Shown: positions 11,098 through 26,267, counted from the first letter of the stretch. The stretch is 64,000 nt of DNA from Octopus sinensis (GCF_006345805.1 NC_043010.1:63798001-63862000); one strand, 5' to 3'. Notes: generated from the sequence alone by a model not told the origin. Numbers and translations are program-made.

Positions 11098-12899
11098 CAT
11101 ATCTGTTCTGTCAGAATAGATCATTTCATTACCATTCCTTTACCGACAATTTTAATGAACACATGATTAGCAAATATAATTGTCATTTAATGTCCACTTT
11201 TCCATACTTGCATGAGTTGAATGGTGTTTATTCAAGGCAAACATTTCTTATACTTAGATGTCTTCCCTGTATCTAACCCTTACCTGTTTCCAAGCAAGGT
11301 AACATCTCCTTATGGAATAGAATTGTTCTCACAGAATATTGGAAGGTAATATTTCCTTATTTTGCAGAATACTGGAAATGATTGACACTGCTTCTTTGAC
11401 AGTGACAATCATTTACAATTATTGTACGATGTCAAGACAAGGGGACACACACACACATATGATGGGGATCTTTTAGTTTCTGTCTATCAAATCCACTTAC
11501 AAGGCTTTGGTCTGTTAGGGGCCTAAGTTGTCACACTCTGGGATTGAACCCAAAACCATGTGGTTGGGAATTAAACTTCTTATCACAGAGCCATATCAAA
11601 AGTTTTATGCAAAGTAGAATAGTATATATGGTATATAATTAGGCATTGGGTCACGACTAAAAATGTGAAGACTTGGCGTAACTTAAGCAAGAACTCAAGC
11701 AAATTTTACTGTGAATTTGTTGTTATAGGTAGATTCTACTGTAATATAGAATTAATTTTTGTATTATTCTATTTATTGTACTCACTAATTATGTACAACT
11801 TTTTTTATAACCTATTTTCAAATTTCTAATTATTAATTAATAATTAAAAAATGTTTTTAAAATGCAAAAAAATATTTCGAGTTATTTTTTTTAATAATAG
11901 AGGTAACAAATAATAACAAACGGAAGTAATAACTTGCAATAAATTTTTTAGTATTAATAAAAGCTAATATTTTCTAAATCTAAATATTTTATTTGAAATT
12001 TTATCCTTAGCTGCAATATTTTGAGTAAAAATTTTCTTGTTCTATACTTTTCCAAGTGTATTAACTTGTCCTGTACTTTTCCAGGTTTATAATCTTAAGA
12101 ATATTATTTCTCTTGCTTGCATTTTGCCATATAATTATTATTGAGTAAGGTGGTGAGCAGCCAAAATGCTTAGTGGAATTTCGTCTGTCATTACATTCTC
12201 AGTTTAATTTACGCCGAGGTTGACTGTCCCTTTCATCACTTTGGGGGTTACAAAAATAAGTACCAGTTGAGTACTGGGTTTGATGGAATTGACTATCTCC
12301 CTCCCCCAAATTTCAAGCCTTGTGCCTCTAACTGAAAGGATTATTATTATTGAGTGAGAGAACAGTGCATGCCATCAAAGTGACACTGAGGTATAGATGT
12401 ATGAAGCCCAGAATACCCATCATGGCTACCCGTTTGATAAGCGTACACGAGGCACATGCATCACAACCATTTGTGCATGACATGGTGATCTCATATCAAG
12501 ATAAACAGCGCATGATCTTGCAGGTGGGGCCCAGTTAGAATTTTCTTCAGGTCGAATATCCCATTCTATTCAAAAGGTTCCTGAATGAGGCTTGTTTAAG
12601 GATGTTGAACAAAGAACCCAAGTTTCCAATGGTAAATTATTTACACTCCAAAGAATTCCTCTCAACACATGGCTATGATGCTCCCTCTCTACTTCTGCTC
12701 GTGATCAGAGATGCACATATTGTCAGGGACTTGCTCAACTGGTTAAGGTCAAACAACTGACAAGAAAATCTGTAGTACTGAGCAGAATATTTGCTGTAGC
12801 CCATCTTTTATACCAAGACAAAACATGTACATGATAACACTTTCAATATCAATTAAGATCAGAAGCCAGGAGAGCCAGTGCTAGGTATTCCATCATCAT

Positions 12900-13860
12900 C
12901 ATCATCATTATTCAGTAGTCTTATTTTTATCATGTACTTTCACTGCACTACTGAGTGCTGCTCTGTGTGCCTTGGGTATGTGCTGTGGTTTGTTGTGGTG
13001 TTTTTAGTTTCATTGTATTGAAAGTGTTTTACATTGGATGTGTGTGGTGCCTACTGGTGCTGTTTTTTGTGTTACATACACTTGTAAGTCCTGGTGTCTG
13101 GGTTATGCATTTGTCTGAATGTTTTTTTGTTTTTTTATCATACCTAATGTGCCTTTACCATCATTTTTCTTTTGTCATTTCATAGTTTTGGCATAGCTTC
13201 CAGTGTATGTAGGTCCCAACTCTGTCATGTCTGTGAATATATTCTTTCTTAGCCAGAACTGGGCAGCCTGAGACGATATGATTTATTGCTTCTTCCCCAT
13301 CTGAGCCTCTCAGCCATTGTTGGGATTTTGCTTTGTCTATTTATCTTTAGTTCAACCCAATATTTGCCATTGTTTTATGATTTGCTGTTGTCCCAGTTTT
13401 AGTTTGAATTTCAGTTATTTTACAGCTTTTGTTGTTTCTTCTTTTTCTTCATAGTTTTTAGGTACTATGACTTTTTATTTGTATTTTTCAACTTTCTTAA
13501 AGACAGAAAACAATTTTTTTTTTTGCTTGTGTTTTGTGACAATTTGTATTAGTTTTCCTTGCTTCTGAAGTAGGTGTTTCTATAGTCTTATGGTGGTAAC
13601 TTTATAATAGTTTTCTAGCTGTATAAGGCCTTTACCACTTTCAGTACATTGCATATACAGGCTTTCTATTTCAGATTTTGGGTGGTGCATCCTAAATTTG
13701 GTCATATTTTTTGTTTTCCTGTCTATTTTGATTAGTTCATTTAGAGTCCAGTTAAGAATATTGTAGCTGTAACTTATAACTGGGACAGCTACAGTGTTGA
13801 TATCTATTATCTTGTTTTTCTCTTTGAGCTCTGTTTTCAATATTAATCTAACTTTATTAT
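12900..13860 (-). mobile_element. Degenerate non-LTR retrotransposon fragment (R4/Dong-like)
   Basis: ORF 13580-13840 (AVPVISYSYNILNWT..IDRKT..MHHPKS..LY..GKGL) is homologous to the post-RT region of the neighbouring element; simple-repeat tail near 12890. Confidence 0.7.
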
Positions 13861-13861
13861 T

Positions 13862-14365
13862 ATTATATTACAGGTCATGCTTCAAAAAATCTGCAAAGAA
13901 TTCTTGCAGTTCCAAGCAATGCTGAATTTTGTAGCTGTTCTACCTTCACACTTACACCATTCTCAGCCATGTTGGTAGTTGAGTGCTGATACTTCCAAGG
14001 GCACCAGTTACTATTGGTATCATGTCTACTCTCTTCATTGACCACAGACTTTGTATTTCCCACTTCAAATCATCATAGTTGTTTATTTTTTCTTCTTCTT
14101 TCTCTTTGATCCTGTAGTCACCAGGGCATGTTTTGTCGATTATCATACATGTTCTTTCTTTTTTCATTCGCCACAACAATGTCTGGTTTCTGATGTCTGG
14201 ACAGATGACCACACTGGATCATTTCATCCCACAGGAATTTGCAATTTTTGGTGACTCCTGGAGTTTGTTCATACCACGTCTTGATTCTTTGTTGGCCATG
14301 ACTTCCACAAAGTTCCCAATGGATCATTCTTGGCACATTGTCATGGCGGCTTTTGTACTTGCATT
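13862..14365 (-). mobile_element. Non-LTR retrotransposon 3' fragment with restriction-like endonuclease
   Basis: RMIHWELC..W..LWD..KPDIVV..IID..P...EK..Y.DL..W..IPIVTGALG..LQNSALLGTARIL spread across shifted frames; (TAA)n tail at ~13855. Confidence 0.8.
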
Positions 14366-14369
14366 GTGC

Positions 14370-16750
14370 TATTATTATTATTATTATTATTTTTTAAAAA
14401 TAAAATATAGTCCATTGTCTTCTGCTGAGCCAGGGTCATCCCTTGACCCTAGGGTCACAGCAGGTCCTCATCTCATGGAGAGTACACGGCGTAAAATGTA
14501 TGCGGAACCTAGCAACACTATTTTCTGAAGTTCTCCTACATTAACACTGCAAGGGAGTTTATGGAGCTGCTTATCAAGGCCCTTTTTAATTAGCCCTAAT
14601 GCTCCAATCACCACTGGTGCTGTGCTGCTTTTCATTCCCCACATCTTGGTCACTTCTATTTCTAGGTCTTTGTACTTAAATAACTTCTCAACTTCTCTAA
14701 TGGACACATTTCTCTCTGATGGTACTGTCACATCTATCATTAAGCATTTCTTATTCTTCCCATCTTTGATGATTATGTCCGGCCTGTTTGCCTTGATTTC
14801 TTTATTGGTGTTCATTGGCATGTCCCAGAGTAGTGTTACATCATCTTTTCTCGTCACAGTTTCAGGTTTATGCTGGTACCATCTTTCTCAAGTTGGAAGC
14901 TGGTAGTGTTTACATATATATTGCGCTACTCTATCATGTCTATGAATATATTCAGTTTTTGCAAGCGCTGTGCATCCAGTTAAGCTGTGGTCCACTGTTT
15001 CATCCTGCTCATTGGGTCAGTTCCATCGTTCATTATTTTGTTGTAGTAAGCCCTGGTTGCCAAGCTTTGATCTTGTGCTGCTATGATAAACCCTTCAGTC
15101 CTGAGCTCTTCATCCATACATGAGTGTCTCGTTTTTCTATGTCTGGTTTTTTCACTCTACATGGGTATCGGCCATGCATTGGTTTTTCTAGCCATTCTTA
15201 TTTGCCCTTCTTCTGGGCTTGTTTTTTCATCTCTTCCTTAACTCTTTTAGCAAACTGGGTTACTTTCTCACTCGCCTTCACCCTAGATCCCTCCATCTTC
15301 AGTTGTTTCTTAAGCTGTACAGATCCTTTGTATACCGAGTATAGCTTCTTTACTTTATCATGCTGGTGCACAAGCTTCATGAGAGGATCTTTTGACAGCT
15401 CAAGATATGTATTTAATCCTACAGTGGTGGTTTTGTAAGATAATTCTAATTGAGTTAGTCCTCTTCCTCCCATGCTTCTCGGTAAATAAATCCTGTTCAC
15501 GGCCGCTTTTGGGTGGTTCATTCGAGCCATGGTCAGTAGTTTTCTGGTCTTGGAGTCTAGCTTCTTTAATTCGCTCATTTGCCAGTTGATTATGTTGAAA
15601 CTGTAAGCTACGATTGGTACTGCAAGAGTGTTAATGGCTTCTATTTTGTTTGCAGCATTGAGTTCAGTCTTTGTTACTAACCGTATTCTCTTGTAGTACT
15701 CTTTTCTAATCTTCTCTTTCATTGCTGAATGTTTTATGCTGTTACTTTTGTCTTTGCCAAGGCATTTATATGCTTTCTCCTGGTCCAGTGCTCGGATCCT
15801 TGCTTATGTATCTATGTGGATATCCACAGAAGATGCCAGTTTGTCTCTTATGGAAGTGGCTTTCGCGTATTTCTCCAGTCCAAGCTGCATCCTGATATCA
15901 TCACTGAACTTTTTAACCGTAGCAAGTAGACCTTCTTGTTGTTTGTCATTTTTTTAGTACATTTTCACATCATCCATGCAGAACAGATGACTTCCTTTTT
16001 TATTGATCTTGTATCCATACCCGGTTTTGTTGAGCTTGGTACTTAGTGGTGCCAGTGCCAAGCAGAATATTAAGGGTGACAGCGAGTCCCCTTGGAAGAT
16101 ACCACTTTTGATTTTGATTGGTCTGCTTGTTATTGATCCACTGGAATGGTTCAGCATCAACGTAGTTTCCCATGTATTCATGCTGTGTTTCATAAACTTG
16201 ATGAGAGTTGGGGATACTTTGTATACTTCCATCACTTTCAGAATCCATGAATGAAGTACACCATCAAACGCCTCTTTATAGTTGATCCATGTGCTCAGGT
16301 TCGTTTTCCTCATTTTGCAGTCTTCAGGGATCATTTTGTTAATCAGCAATTGGTCCTTCCATCCGTAGATCCCTCTTCGACAACCTTTTTGTTCTGGTGG
16401 TAGCAGGTTGTTTTCTTCTAAGAATGTGTATGTTGTTTCAGTGATTACAGATGATAATATTTAATACATTGTTGGTGGAGGACAGGTGATTGGTCTATAG
16501 TTCTCTCGGTTTTCTGTGTCATTTGTATTTGGTATTAGGTATGTCACTCCTTGTGTCAACCAGTCTGGGCTATTTTCTGGGTTTTTCATGACTTCTCTGA
16601 TGACATATCTCCATGTATATCAACTAGTTGTTTGATCCAAATGTTTGGTACTTGATCTATTCCCAGTGACTTCCAGTTGCTGGCCTTTATCAGGGCCAGG
16701 GTGACCTCCTCCTTTTGAATATCTTCCCATTCCTGTACTTGGTTTTTGTC
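14370..16750 (-). mobile_element. R4/Dong-like LINE: reverse transcriptase plus restriction-like endonuclease, degenerate
   Basis: RT motifs GIFQGDSLSPLIFCLAL and HLFCMDD (15954-16349); endonuclease LLWD..NRPDIII..MIDV.VP..EK..KY.DL..W..PVVIGALG (14468-14857); (TAA)n tail at 14370-14390. Confidence 0.88.
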
Positions 16751-17684
16751 TCTTCTGGTTTTTATCTAATTAGTCCTTAATGCTTGATCTTGTGTTGCTA
16801 CTAACAAACTTTCTGTCTCCTTCTTGAGCCTTCCTTTCTGTAACCATAACCATGTCTTCTGCAGCCTTTTAATGCTGGCAATCATTTTCTCACTTCTTTA
16901 CTCATTACTTCCTGCAACTCAGCTAAAATCTTCTGATCTTCCTCACTTCAGTCACTTAAATCGCTGGTGCCAGTTGTCTCTTCCTTACTGGTAGTACTAT
17001 TTTCATTTTTTCCATTACATTCTTCTTTGGTTCAAACTGTATCTCCTATGTTGTTGTCTTTCCTACTGCCTGGTCTTCCTTCCCCAGTTCTCTTCCCCCT
17101 CCAATTCTGTCATCTACTTACTTCTCTTAATAGCATTAGCTTGATCTTACTAGTCTCTGCTCAGTCACTTTAAACATACCCAAATCACTTGCTGCACTTT
17201 TGTGTTGGTGCAGTTGTTTGTTTCATTTTGTTTTTCTCGGGGGAATATTGTATTGCATGATTATGTTTTGTTATGGGGTTTGGTTTCAGTCTTTTGTTGT
17301 ATTAGTTTTTGTATTGTGTGTTGTTTGTGCAGTGCAGGTTGTGTTCTTCTGTTGGGTATCGAACTATTATTGCACATGATGTGGGCTCTGTTTGTTTTAT
17401 TGGGTATTTACTGTATGAGTCTATTCCTTTAAGTTTTTTGGAGGAGTGTTGCATAGGAATGTGAGTAAATCATAAATCGACCGTTTCATAGTATTCCTGT
17501 TTATCTACTTGTTGTTCTTTTTTATTTTTATTTTTGGTTAGTTTTCTTATGAGTCCGTCTTTACTGCGCTTTTTGAGAAAGCACTGTCCATGGACATGTG
17601 TTGATGTTGCTTTCGTATTTATAATTATTATTGATGTATTAGTGAGAGACAGAGAAGAAACAGCAATGTGCTTATATATAACAC

Positions 17685-17975
17685 CGTGACCGACCAGGCT
17701 ATCAGATGTTGCTACACATCACTGGTCACAATGCGCTTTGCATTGTTTTAGCCTCCAAATGACGCCACCCTGCTGGATAAGCGAGCAGGGCAACAGAAGG
17801 AAGAGTGAGAGAAAGTTGCGGCGAAAGAGTACAGCAGGGATCGCCCCCACCCCTGATGGAGCCTTGTGGAACTTTAGGTGTTTTCGCTCAATAAACACTC
17901 ACAACGCCTGGTCTAGGAATCGAAATCATGATCCTATGACCACGAGTTCGTTGCCCTAATCACTGGGCCATTGTG
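17685..17975 (-). mobile_element. tRNA-derived SINE
   Basis: Minus strand begins TGGCCCAGTGATTAGGGCA...TTTCGATTCC (A and B boxes). Confidence 0.65.
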
Positions 17976-18210
17976 CATTTATATATATATATGTACGTAT
18001 GTATGTATGTGTGTGTGATGCAGCACGGACTTTGTCAGTGAACAGGTCGCGGATTTTAGCGACGAATATATTTTGACAAATTAAACTTAAATGTTGAAGT
18101 GAATCAAACGGCTTTTGTGTGTTTCTTAAATGGCTTATAAACACCTTCCACGCTGCAATTGTTATATATATATGTATGTATATATATATATATATATATG
18201 TATGTATATT

Positions 18211-18546
18211 TCTCTTATTATAAAAGGCAGATTTTATCTGCCTCCCTTTGGGAGTTATAGAAATCTACAATATAGGATTTCTTCAATTACAATTTACCTA
18301 GCATTTTTAAGAGTACAATGCATCTCTTATTATAAAAGGCAGATTTTATCTGCCTCCCTTTGGGAGTTATAGAAATCTACAATATAGGATTTCTTCAATT
18401 ACAATTTACCTAGCATTTTTAAGAGTACAATGCATCTCTTATTATAAAAGGCAGATTTTATCTGCCTCCCTTTGGGAGTTATAGAAATCTACAATATAGG
18501 ATTTCTTCAATTACAATTTACCTAGCATTTTTAAGAGTACAATGCA
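18211..18546 (+). repeat. Three exact tandem 112 bp units, probably a reiterated Helitron 5' end
   Basis: Units start at 18211, 18323 and 18435 with TCTCTTATTATAAAAGGCAG and contain the hairpin AGGCAGAT-TTT-ATCTGCCT. Confidence 0.8.
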
Positions 18547-18899
18547 TCGCGTCATGCCAGGTCCAGTTTTTAAAATTTAAACTCCAATTAAGCAAAATTT
18601 ACAGAAAACTCACATTCTGGTGTGTGTGTCAAATGCTTTTCTTAGTCTGGTTTACACCACACGCAAACGCACACACACAGTGGGCAACGAATAAAATGAA
18701 AGTAATTCACTTACTGTAGTGAGTGATTCTTTCACTCTGCCTCCCACTTCCTCTTTCCACACATAGACACGCAAATATATAAATAAAATTGTAAGCTAAC
18801 GTGCGTGTGTGTGTGTGAGGGTGCGTGTGTGTGTGTGAGTGTGTGACAGGAAAGTTTTTTACGACGAATATAAGACCTATATCCAAGTAGCAGAAAGAT

Positions 18900-19135
18900 A
18901 AGACAGTAAGGTGTGATTTGAGGGAGATTTGGCTGCTATTTCTACCATGTCTAGCTGCCATGTAGGGGTCTCCCTCATAGGCTCATACGGTGTGATTTGG
19001 GGGAAATTTGGCTGCTATTTCTACCAGGTCTAGCTACCATGTAGAGGTCCCCCTCATTGGCTCATATATATATATACATACATAAGACAGTAAGGTGTGA
19101 TTTGAGGGAGATTTGGCTGCTGTTTCTACCAGGTC
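18900..19135 (+). repeat. Three imperfect copies of a ~75 bp unit
   Basis: GGTGTGATTTG(A/G)GGGA(G/A)ATTTGGCTGCT(A/G)TTTCTACCA repeated three times. Confidence 0.7.
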
Positions 19136-19922
19136 TGTTAGGCCTTCTCATGTAAACTCAAGCTTTCTCATGCCTTGAACATAAGACCAAAGCAGAGAAT
19201 GTATTCTTTTATTCTTCTGCTTTTTCCAGCCATTGGTCTGTGGCCATGCTGGGGCAATGCTTGAAGAATTGTAGTTTAATGAATCAACTCCAGTTTTATT
19301 TTTGTAAGCATTGTACTTATTCTATCTGTTTCCTTTGTCAAACCACTAGGTGACAGGGATGTAAACAAACCAACATTCGTTGTCAAGCAGTGGTGGAGGA
19401 CAATCACAAGCACAGACACGCACACACACACACACACATACATGCATACACATATACACACATACATACATACATACTATATATATATGTGTGTATATAT
19501 ATTGCAGCGTGGAAGGTGTTTGTAAGGCATTTAAGAAACACACAAAAACCGTTACATTCACTTCAACATTTAAATTTAATTTGCCAAAATATTTTCGTCG
19601 CTTTGAGACCGCGACCTGTTCACTGACAAAAATATCGTGCTAACAGGTCGCGGTCTCAAAGCGACGAAAATATTTTGACAAATTAAATTTAAATGTTGAA
19701 GTGAATCTAACGGTTTTTGTGTGTTTCTTAAATGGCTTATAAACACCTTCAACGCTGCAACTGTTTTCGTTCCAGCACACGATCTCAGATCAAGTCACTT
19801 GCTATGCAAGTACATCTCTGTAACTATATATATATTTATATATATATATATATGTATATTGGTAAAAACAGTAAGATAACAAAAGAAAGAAAGAGACCTC
19901 AATATTATGTAAATAGAGGAAA

Positions 19923-20316
19923 TCTTTATATATAAAGTGAGGTTGTGTGTCTGTCTCCTACGATTTAGATTCCTAACTACTCCCACATTTTGCGGTGCAG
20001 TTTAACCAAACCGGGTATCTTATAGTCGTGATTCATATCGAGACCGTCTGGGTATTAGCGCGCGTCTACGATGAGTCTACGATTTAAAAAAAATTTACCA
20101 TCAATTTTTCCCATTTTTAATCCATTTTTGACATATATAAGGGAAGTAACTCTCTAAAATTTATTATTAAATCTCAGAACGTAAAAAGCTACAGTAACAC
20201 CCCTCCCCCTTTGTGGTTAGCCATATTGAGATGGCTATTATACGTTTACATCTCTAAAAAATGCTTATATAATTATTTCCCTTACAAACCCGAGCAACGC
20301 CGGGCGATACTGCTAG
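19923..20316 (+). mobile_element. Non-autonomous Helitron
   Basis: 5' TC after A, subterminal hairpin CCCG-AGCAACGC-CGGG, 3' CTAG followed by T; second copy at 42805-43321. Confidence 0.8.
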
Positions 20317-20326
20317 TAATATATAT

Positions 20327-20361
<35 letters not shown>

Positions 20362-20647
20362 GTATATGTATGTATATGTATATATGTATGTATGTATATG
20401 TATATGTATATATGTATATTTATATATGTGTATGTATATGTATGTATATGTATATATAGTATGTATATGTATATATATGTATGTATATATGTTGTATGTA
20501 TATATATGTATGTATATGTATATGTATATATGTATGTATATGTATATATGTATGTATATATATGTATGTTATGTATATATATGTATGTATATATATATAT
20601 ATTTATGTATATATATGTATGTATATATATATGTATATGTATATATG

Positions 20648-20679
<32 letters not shown>

Positions 20680-20701
20680 TGTATATATATGATAATGTAT
20701 G

Positions 20702-20752
<51 letters not shown>

Positions 20753-20788
20753 GTATAGTATATATATATGTATGTATATATATATATG

Positions 20789-20826
<38 letters not shown>

Positions 20827-21065
20827 TATGTATATATATATAATATGTATGTATATGTATGTATATATATGTATATATGTATTATATATATGTATGTATA
20901 TATATATATGTATATATATATGTATAGTATGTATATGTATGTATATGTATAATATATGTATGTATGTATATATGTATATGTATATATAATGTATGTATAT
21001 ATATAGTATGTATGTATAATATGTATGTATATGTATATATGTATATGTATGTATATGTATATATG

Positions 21066-21154
<89 letters not shown>

Positions 21155-21216
21155 GTATTATATGTATATGTATGTATGTATATATATGTATGTATGTATA
21201 TATATGTATATATATG

Positions 21217-21276
<60 letters not shown>

Positions 21277-22218
21277 TATGTATATATATGTATGTATATA
21301 TATATATGTATATATATATATGTATATATATATATGTATATATATATATGTATATATATGTATATGTATATATGTATGTATGTATATATGTATGTATGTA
21401 TATATATGTATGTATGTATATGTATGTATATATATATGTATGTATATATATGTATAAATATAATATATGTATATATATGTATGTATATATATATATTATG
21501 TATATTATATATGTATATATGTATTGTATATATGTATATGTATGTATATGTATGTATATGTATGTATATGTATGTATGTATATGTATGTATATATATATA
21601 TGTATGTATATATATGTATATATATTGTATATATATATATATATATATGTATATTATGATATATGTAATGTATTATGTTGTATATATATATATGTATATA
21701 TATATATGTATGTATATATATGTAATTATGTATAATATATTTATGTATATAATTTTGTGGTATGTATATATATATATATGTTATGTATATGTATATATAT
21801 GTATGTATATGTTATATATATGTATGTATATGTATATATATGTATTAATATATGTTATATATGTATGTATATATATATATATGTATGTATAGTATAATTG
21901 TTATGTATAATATGTATATGTATGTATGTATATGTATATAATGTATGTATATGTATATATATGTATGTATATGTATATATATGTATGTAATATATGTATG
22001 TATATGTATATATATATATTGTATATATATATATATGTATATATATATATGTTATATATATATATGTTATATATATATGTATGTATATATATGTTATGTA
22101 TTATATATATATAGTTATGTAATATATATATATGTATGTATGTGTAATATATATGTATGTATATGTATATAAAGTATGTTATAAATATGTATGTATATGT
22201 AGTATATGTATGTATATT

Positions 22219-22251
<33 letters not shown>

Positions 22252-25200
22252 GTATATATATGTATGTATATATATGTATATATATATGTTATATATATAT
22301 ATATGTATGTATATATATTGTATATATATATAATATATGTATGTATATATATATATGGTGTATATATATAATATTGTATATGTAATATATATATATATAT
22401 GTATGTTATATATATATAGTATGTATGTATATATATATTATGTATGTATATATATATATATGTTGTATATATTATATATGTGTGTATATATATTATAGTG
22501 TGTATATATATATATATGTATGTATATATATATATGTATGTATTATATATATATATGTATATGTATATATATATATATGTATGTATATATATATATATGT
22601 GTTATATATATATATATGTGTATATATATTATATGGGTGTATATATATATATATGTATGTATTATATATATATGTATGTATATATATTATTGTATGTATA
22701 TTATATATGTATGTATATATATATATATGTATGTATATATATATATATGTATGTATATTATATATATGTATGTATATATATATATATGTATATATATTTG
22801 TATGTATGTATATATGTATGTATGTATATATATATGTATGTATGTAATATAATATATGATATGTATGTATATATATATATAATGTATGTATATATATATG
22901 TATATGTATTATATATATTATGTATATATATATGTATGTATATATATATATGTATGTATATATATATATGTATGTATATATATGTAATGTTTATATATAT
23001 ATATGTAGTATATTATATATATGTATATCGTATATATATATGTATGTATATAAATATATATGTATGTATATATATATGTATGTATGTATATATATATGTA
23101 TGTGTATATATATATATGTATGTATATATATATATATGTATATATATATTGTATATATGTATGTATATGTATGTATATATATATATGTATATGTATATAT
23201 ATGTATATGTATATGTAATATATGTATATGTATGTATGTATATATATGTATATGTATATGTATATTATATATATGTATATGTGTGTATATGTATGTATAT
23301 ATATATATATGTATATGTATGTTTAATATGGTATGTATATATATTATATATGTATGTATGTAATATGTATGTTATGTATAGTATATATGTATATGTATAT
23401 GTATATATATATTATATGTATATGTATGTATTATATATATATGTATATGTATGTATATATATATATATGTATATGTATGTATATATATATATATGTATAT
23501 GTATGTATATATTAATATATGTATATGTATGTATATATATGTATAGGTATATATGTATATATATATATATGTATATGTATGTATATATATATATATGTAT
23601 GTATGTATATATATATATATGTATATGTAATTATATATAATATATGTATATGTATGTATATATTGTATATAATATGTATATGTATGTATATATATATATA
23701 TGTATATGTAGGTATATATCTATTATGTATAATATATCTATATACATATATATATATGTATTATATATCTATATATGTATATGGTATGTATATATATGTA
23801 TATGTATGTATTATATGTAATATGTATGTATATATATGTATAATTGTATGTATATATATGTATATATGTATATATATATATATGTATATGTATGTATATA
23901 TCTATATGTATATGTATGTATATAATATATGTATATGGTATGTATATAGATATAATATTATATGTATGTATGTATATGTATAATGTATATGTATATGTAT
24001 ATATATGTATATGTATATGTATGTATATATAATATATGTATATTGTATGTATATATATGTATATGTATGTATATAATATATATGTATGTAATATATATAT
24101 AATGTATATATGTATATATATGTATAGTAATGTATAATATATGTATATGTATTCATATATATATATAGTGTATGTATATATAGATAGTATATGTATAATG
24201 TATGTATATATCTATATGATGTTATATGTATGGTATATATATATATATATGTATGTATATATATATATATGTATTGATATGTATGTATATATATATAGTA
24301 TATATGTAATGTAATATATGTATATGTAATGTATATATATGTATATATTATATGTATATATATATGTTATTTATATATATATGTAATGTATGTATATATT
24401 TATATGTATTGTATGTATATATATATGTATATGTATGTATATATGTTATATGTATGTTATGTATAATGTATATTATGTAGGTATATATGTATATGTATGT
24501 ATATATGTATATGTATGTATATATATGTATATGTATGTATCTATATGGTATATGTATGGTATATATATATATTGTATATGTAGTATATATATATGTATAT
24601 GTAATGTTATATATATCTATGTATAGGTATGTATATATATTATATATGTATAATGTATTATATCTATATGTATGTATGTATATATGTATGTATATATATT
24701 ATATGTATATGTATGTATTATATATATATGTATGGTATATATATATATATGTTATGTCTGTATATATATATATATATATGTTATATGTATGTATATTATA
24801 TATATGTTATATGGTATGTATATATATATATATATGTATATGTATGTATAATCTATATTATATGTGTTATATGTATGTATAGATATAATTTTATGTATGT
24901 ATATATATATGTATGTATATATATATATATGTATATGTATGTATATATATATATATGGATATGTATGTATATATGTATATATATTATATATGTTATTTTA
25001 TATATATATATATGTATAATTATTGTATATATGTATATATGTATATGTCTTATATATATATATAAAATGTATATGTATTTTATGTTTATATATGTATATG
25101 TATGTATATTATATGATTATGGATATATATATATATGTATATTTATTTATATATATGTCTTATGTATGTATATATATGTATATGTTATGTATATATATAT

Positions 25201-26167
25201 GTATATGTATGTATATATATTATATGTATATGTATATATATATATGTATATGTATGTATATATATATATATATTATATGTATGTATATATATATATTTAT
25301 ATGTATGTATATATCTATATATATCTATGTTATGTATATATATGTATATGTATATGTATGTATATATATATGTATATGTAATTATGTATATATATATATG
25401 TATATGTATGTCTATTATATGTATATGTATGTATATATCTAATATGTATATGTATGTATATATATATATGATGTATATGTATGTATATATATGTAATATG
25501 TATGTATATATATGTATATGTATGTATATAATATGTATATGTATATATATATGTATATGTAATGTATATATGTATATGTATGTGTATGTATATATATATG
25601 TATAGTATGTATATATGTATATGTATGTATATATGTATATTAATGTGTATGTAATGTATGTATATGTATGTATATATGTATATGTGATGTATATATGTTA
25701 TAGTATGTATATATGTATATGTATGTATATATATATATGTATATGTATGTATATATATTGTATATGTATGTATATATATATTGTATATGTATGTATATAT
25801 ATATGTATAGTTGTATATATATATTATATGTATGTGGTATATGTATGTATATATATATTATGTATATGTATGTTATATATTGTAATGTTGTATATATATA
25901 TATATGTATATGTATGTATATATATATATATATATGTATATGTATGTATATATATATATGTATATGTCTGTATATATATATCTATATGTATATGTATGTA
26001 TATATATATATATATTGTATGTTATATATATATTATGTATATGTATATGTATGTATATATATATATATTGTATATGTATGTATATATCTATACATCGGAT
26101 ACTGTATGTATATATATATATATATTTCTAGTATTATGTCTATATATATATACTGTATAATATGTCT
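20317..26167. repeat. ~5.85 kb (TA)n/(TATG)n compound microsatellite running into an assembly gap
   Basis: Direct inspection; 100 N at 26168-26267. Confidence 0.97.
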
Positions 26168-26267
26168 NNNNNNNNNNNNNNNNNNNNNNNNNNNNNNNNN
26201 NNNNNNNNNNNNNNNNNNNNNNNNNNNNNNNNNNNNNNNNNNNNNNNNNNNNNNNNNNNNNNNNNNN
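26168..26267. other. Scaffold gap (100 N)
   Basis: Run of N. Confidence 1.

Noticed and set aside
18211-18546. CRISPR-like array (also considered for 38532-38747)
   Set aside because: Contiguous tandem units with no spacers, eukaryotic context, no cas genes.
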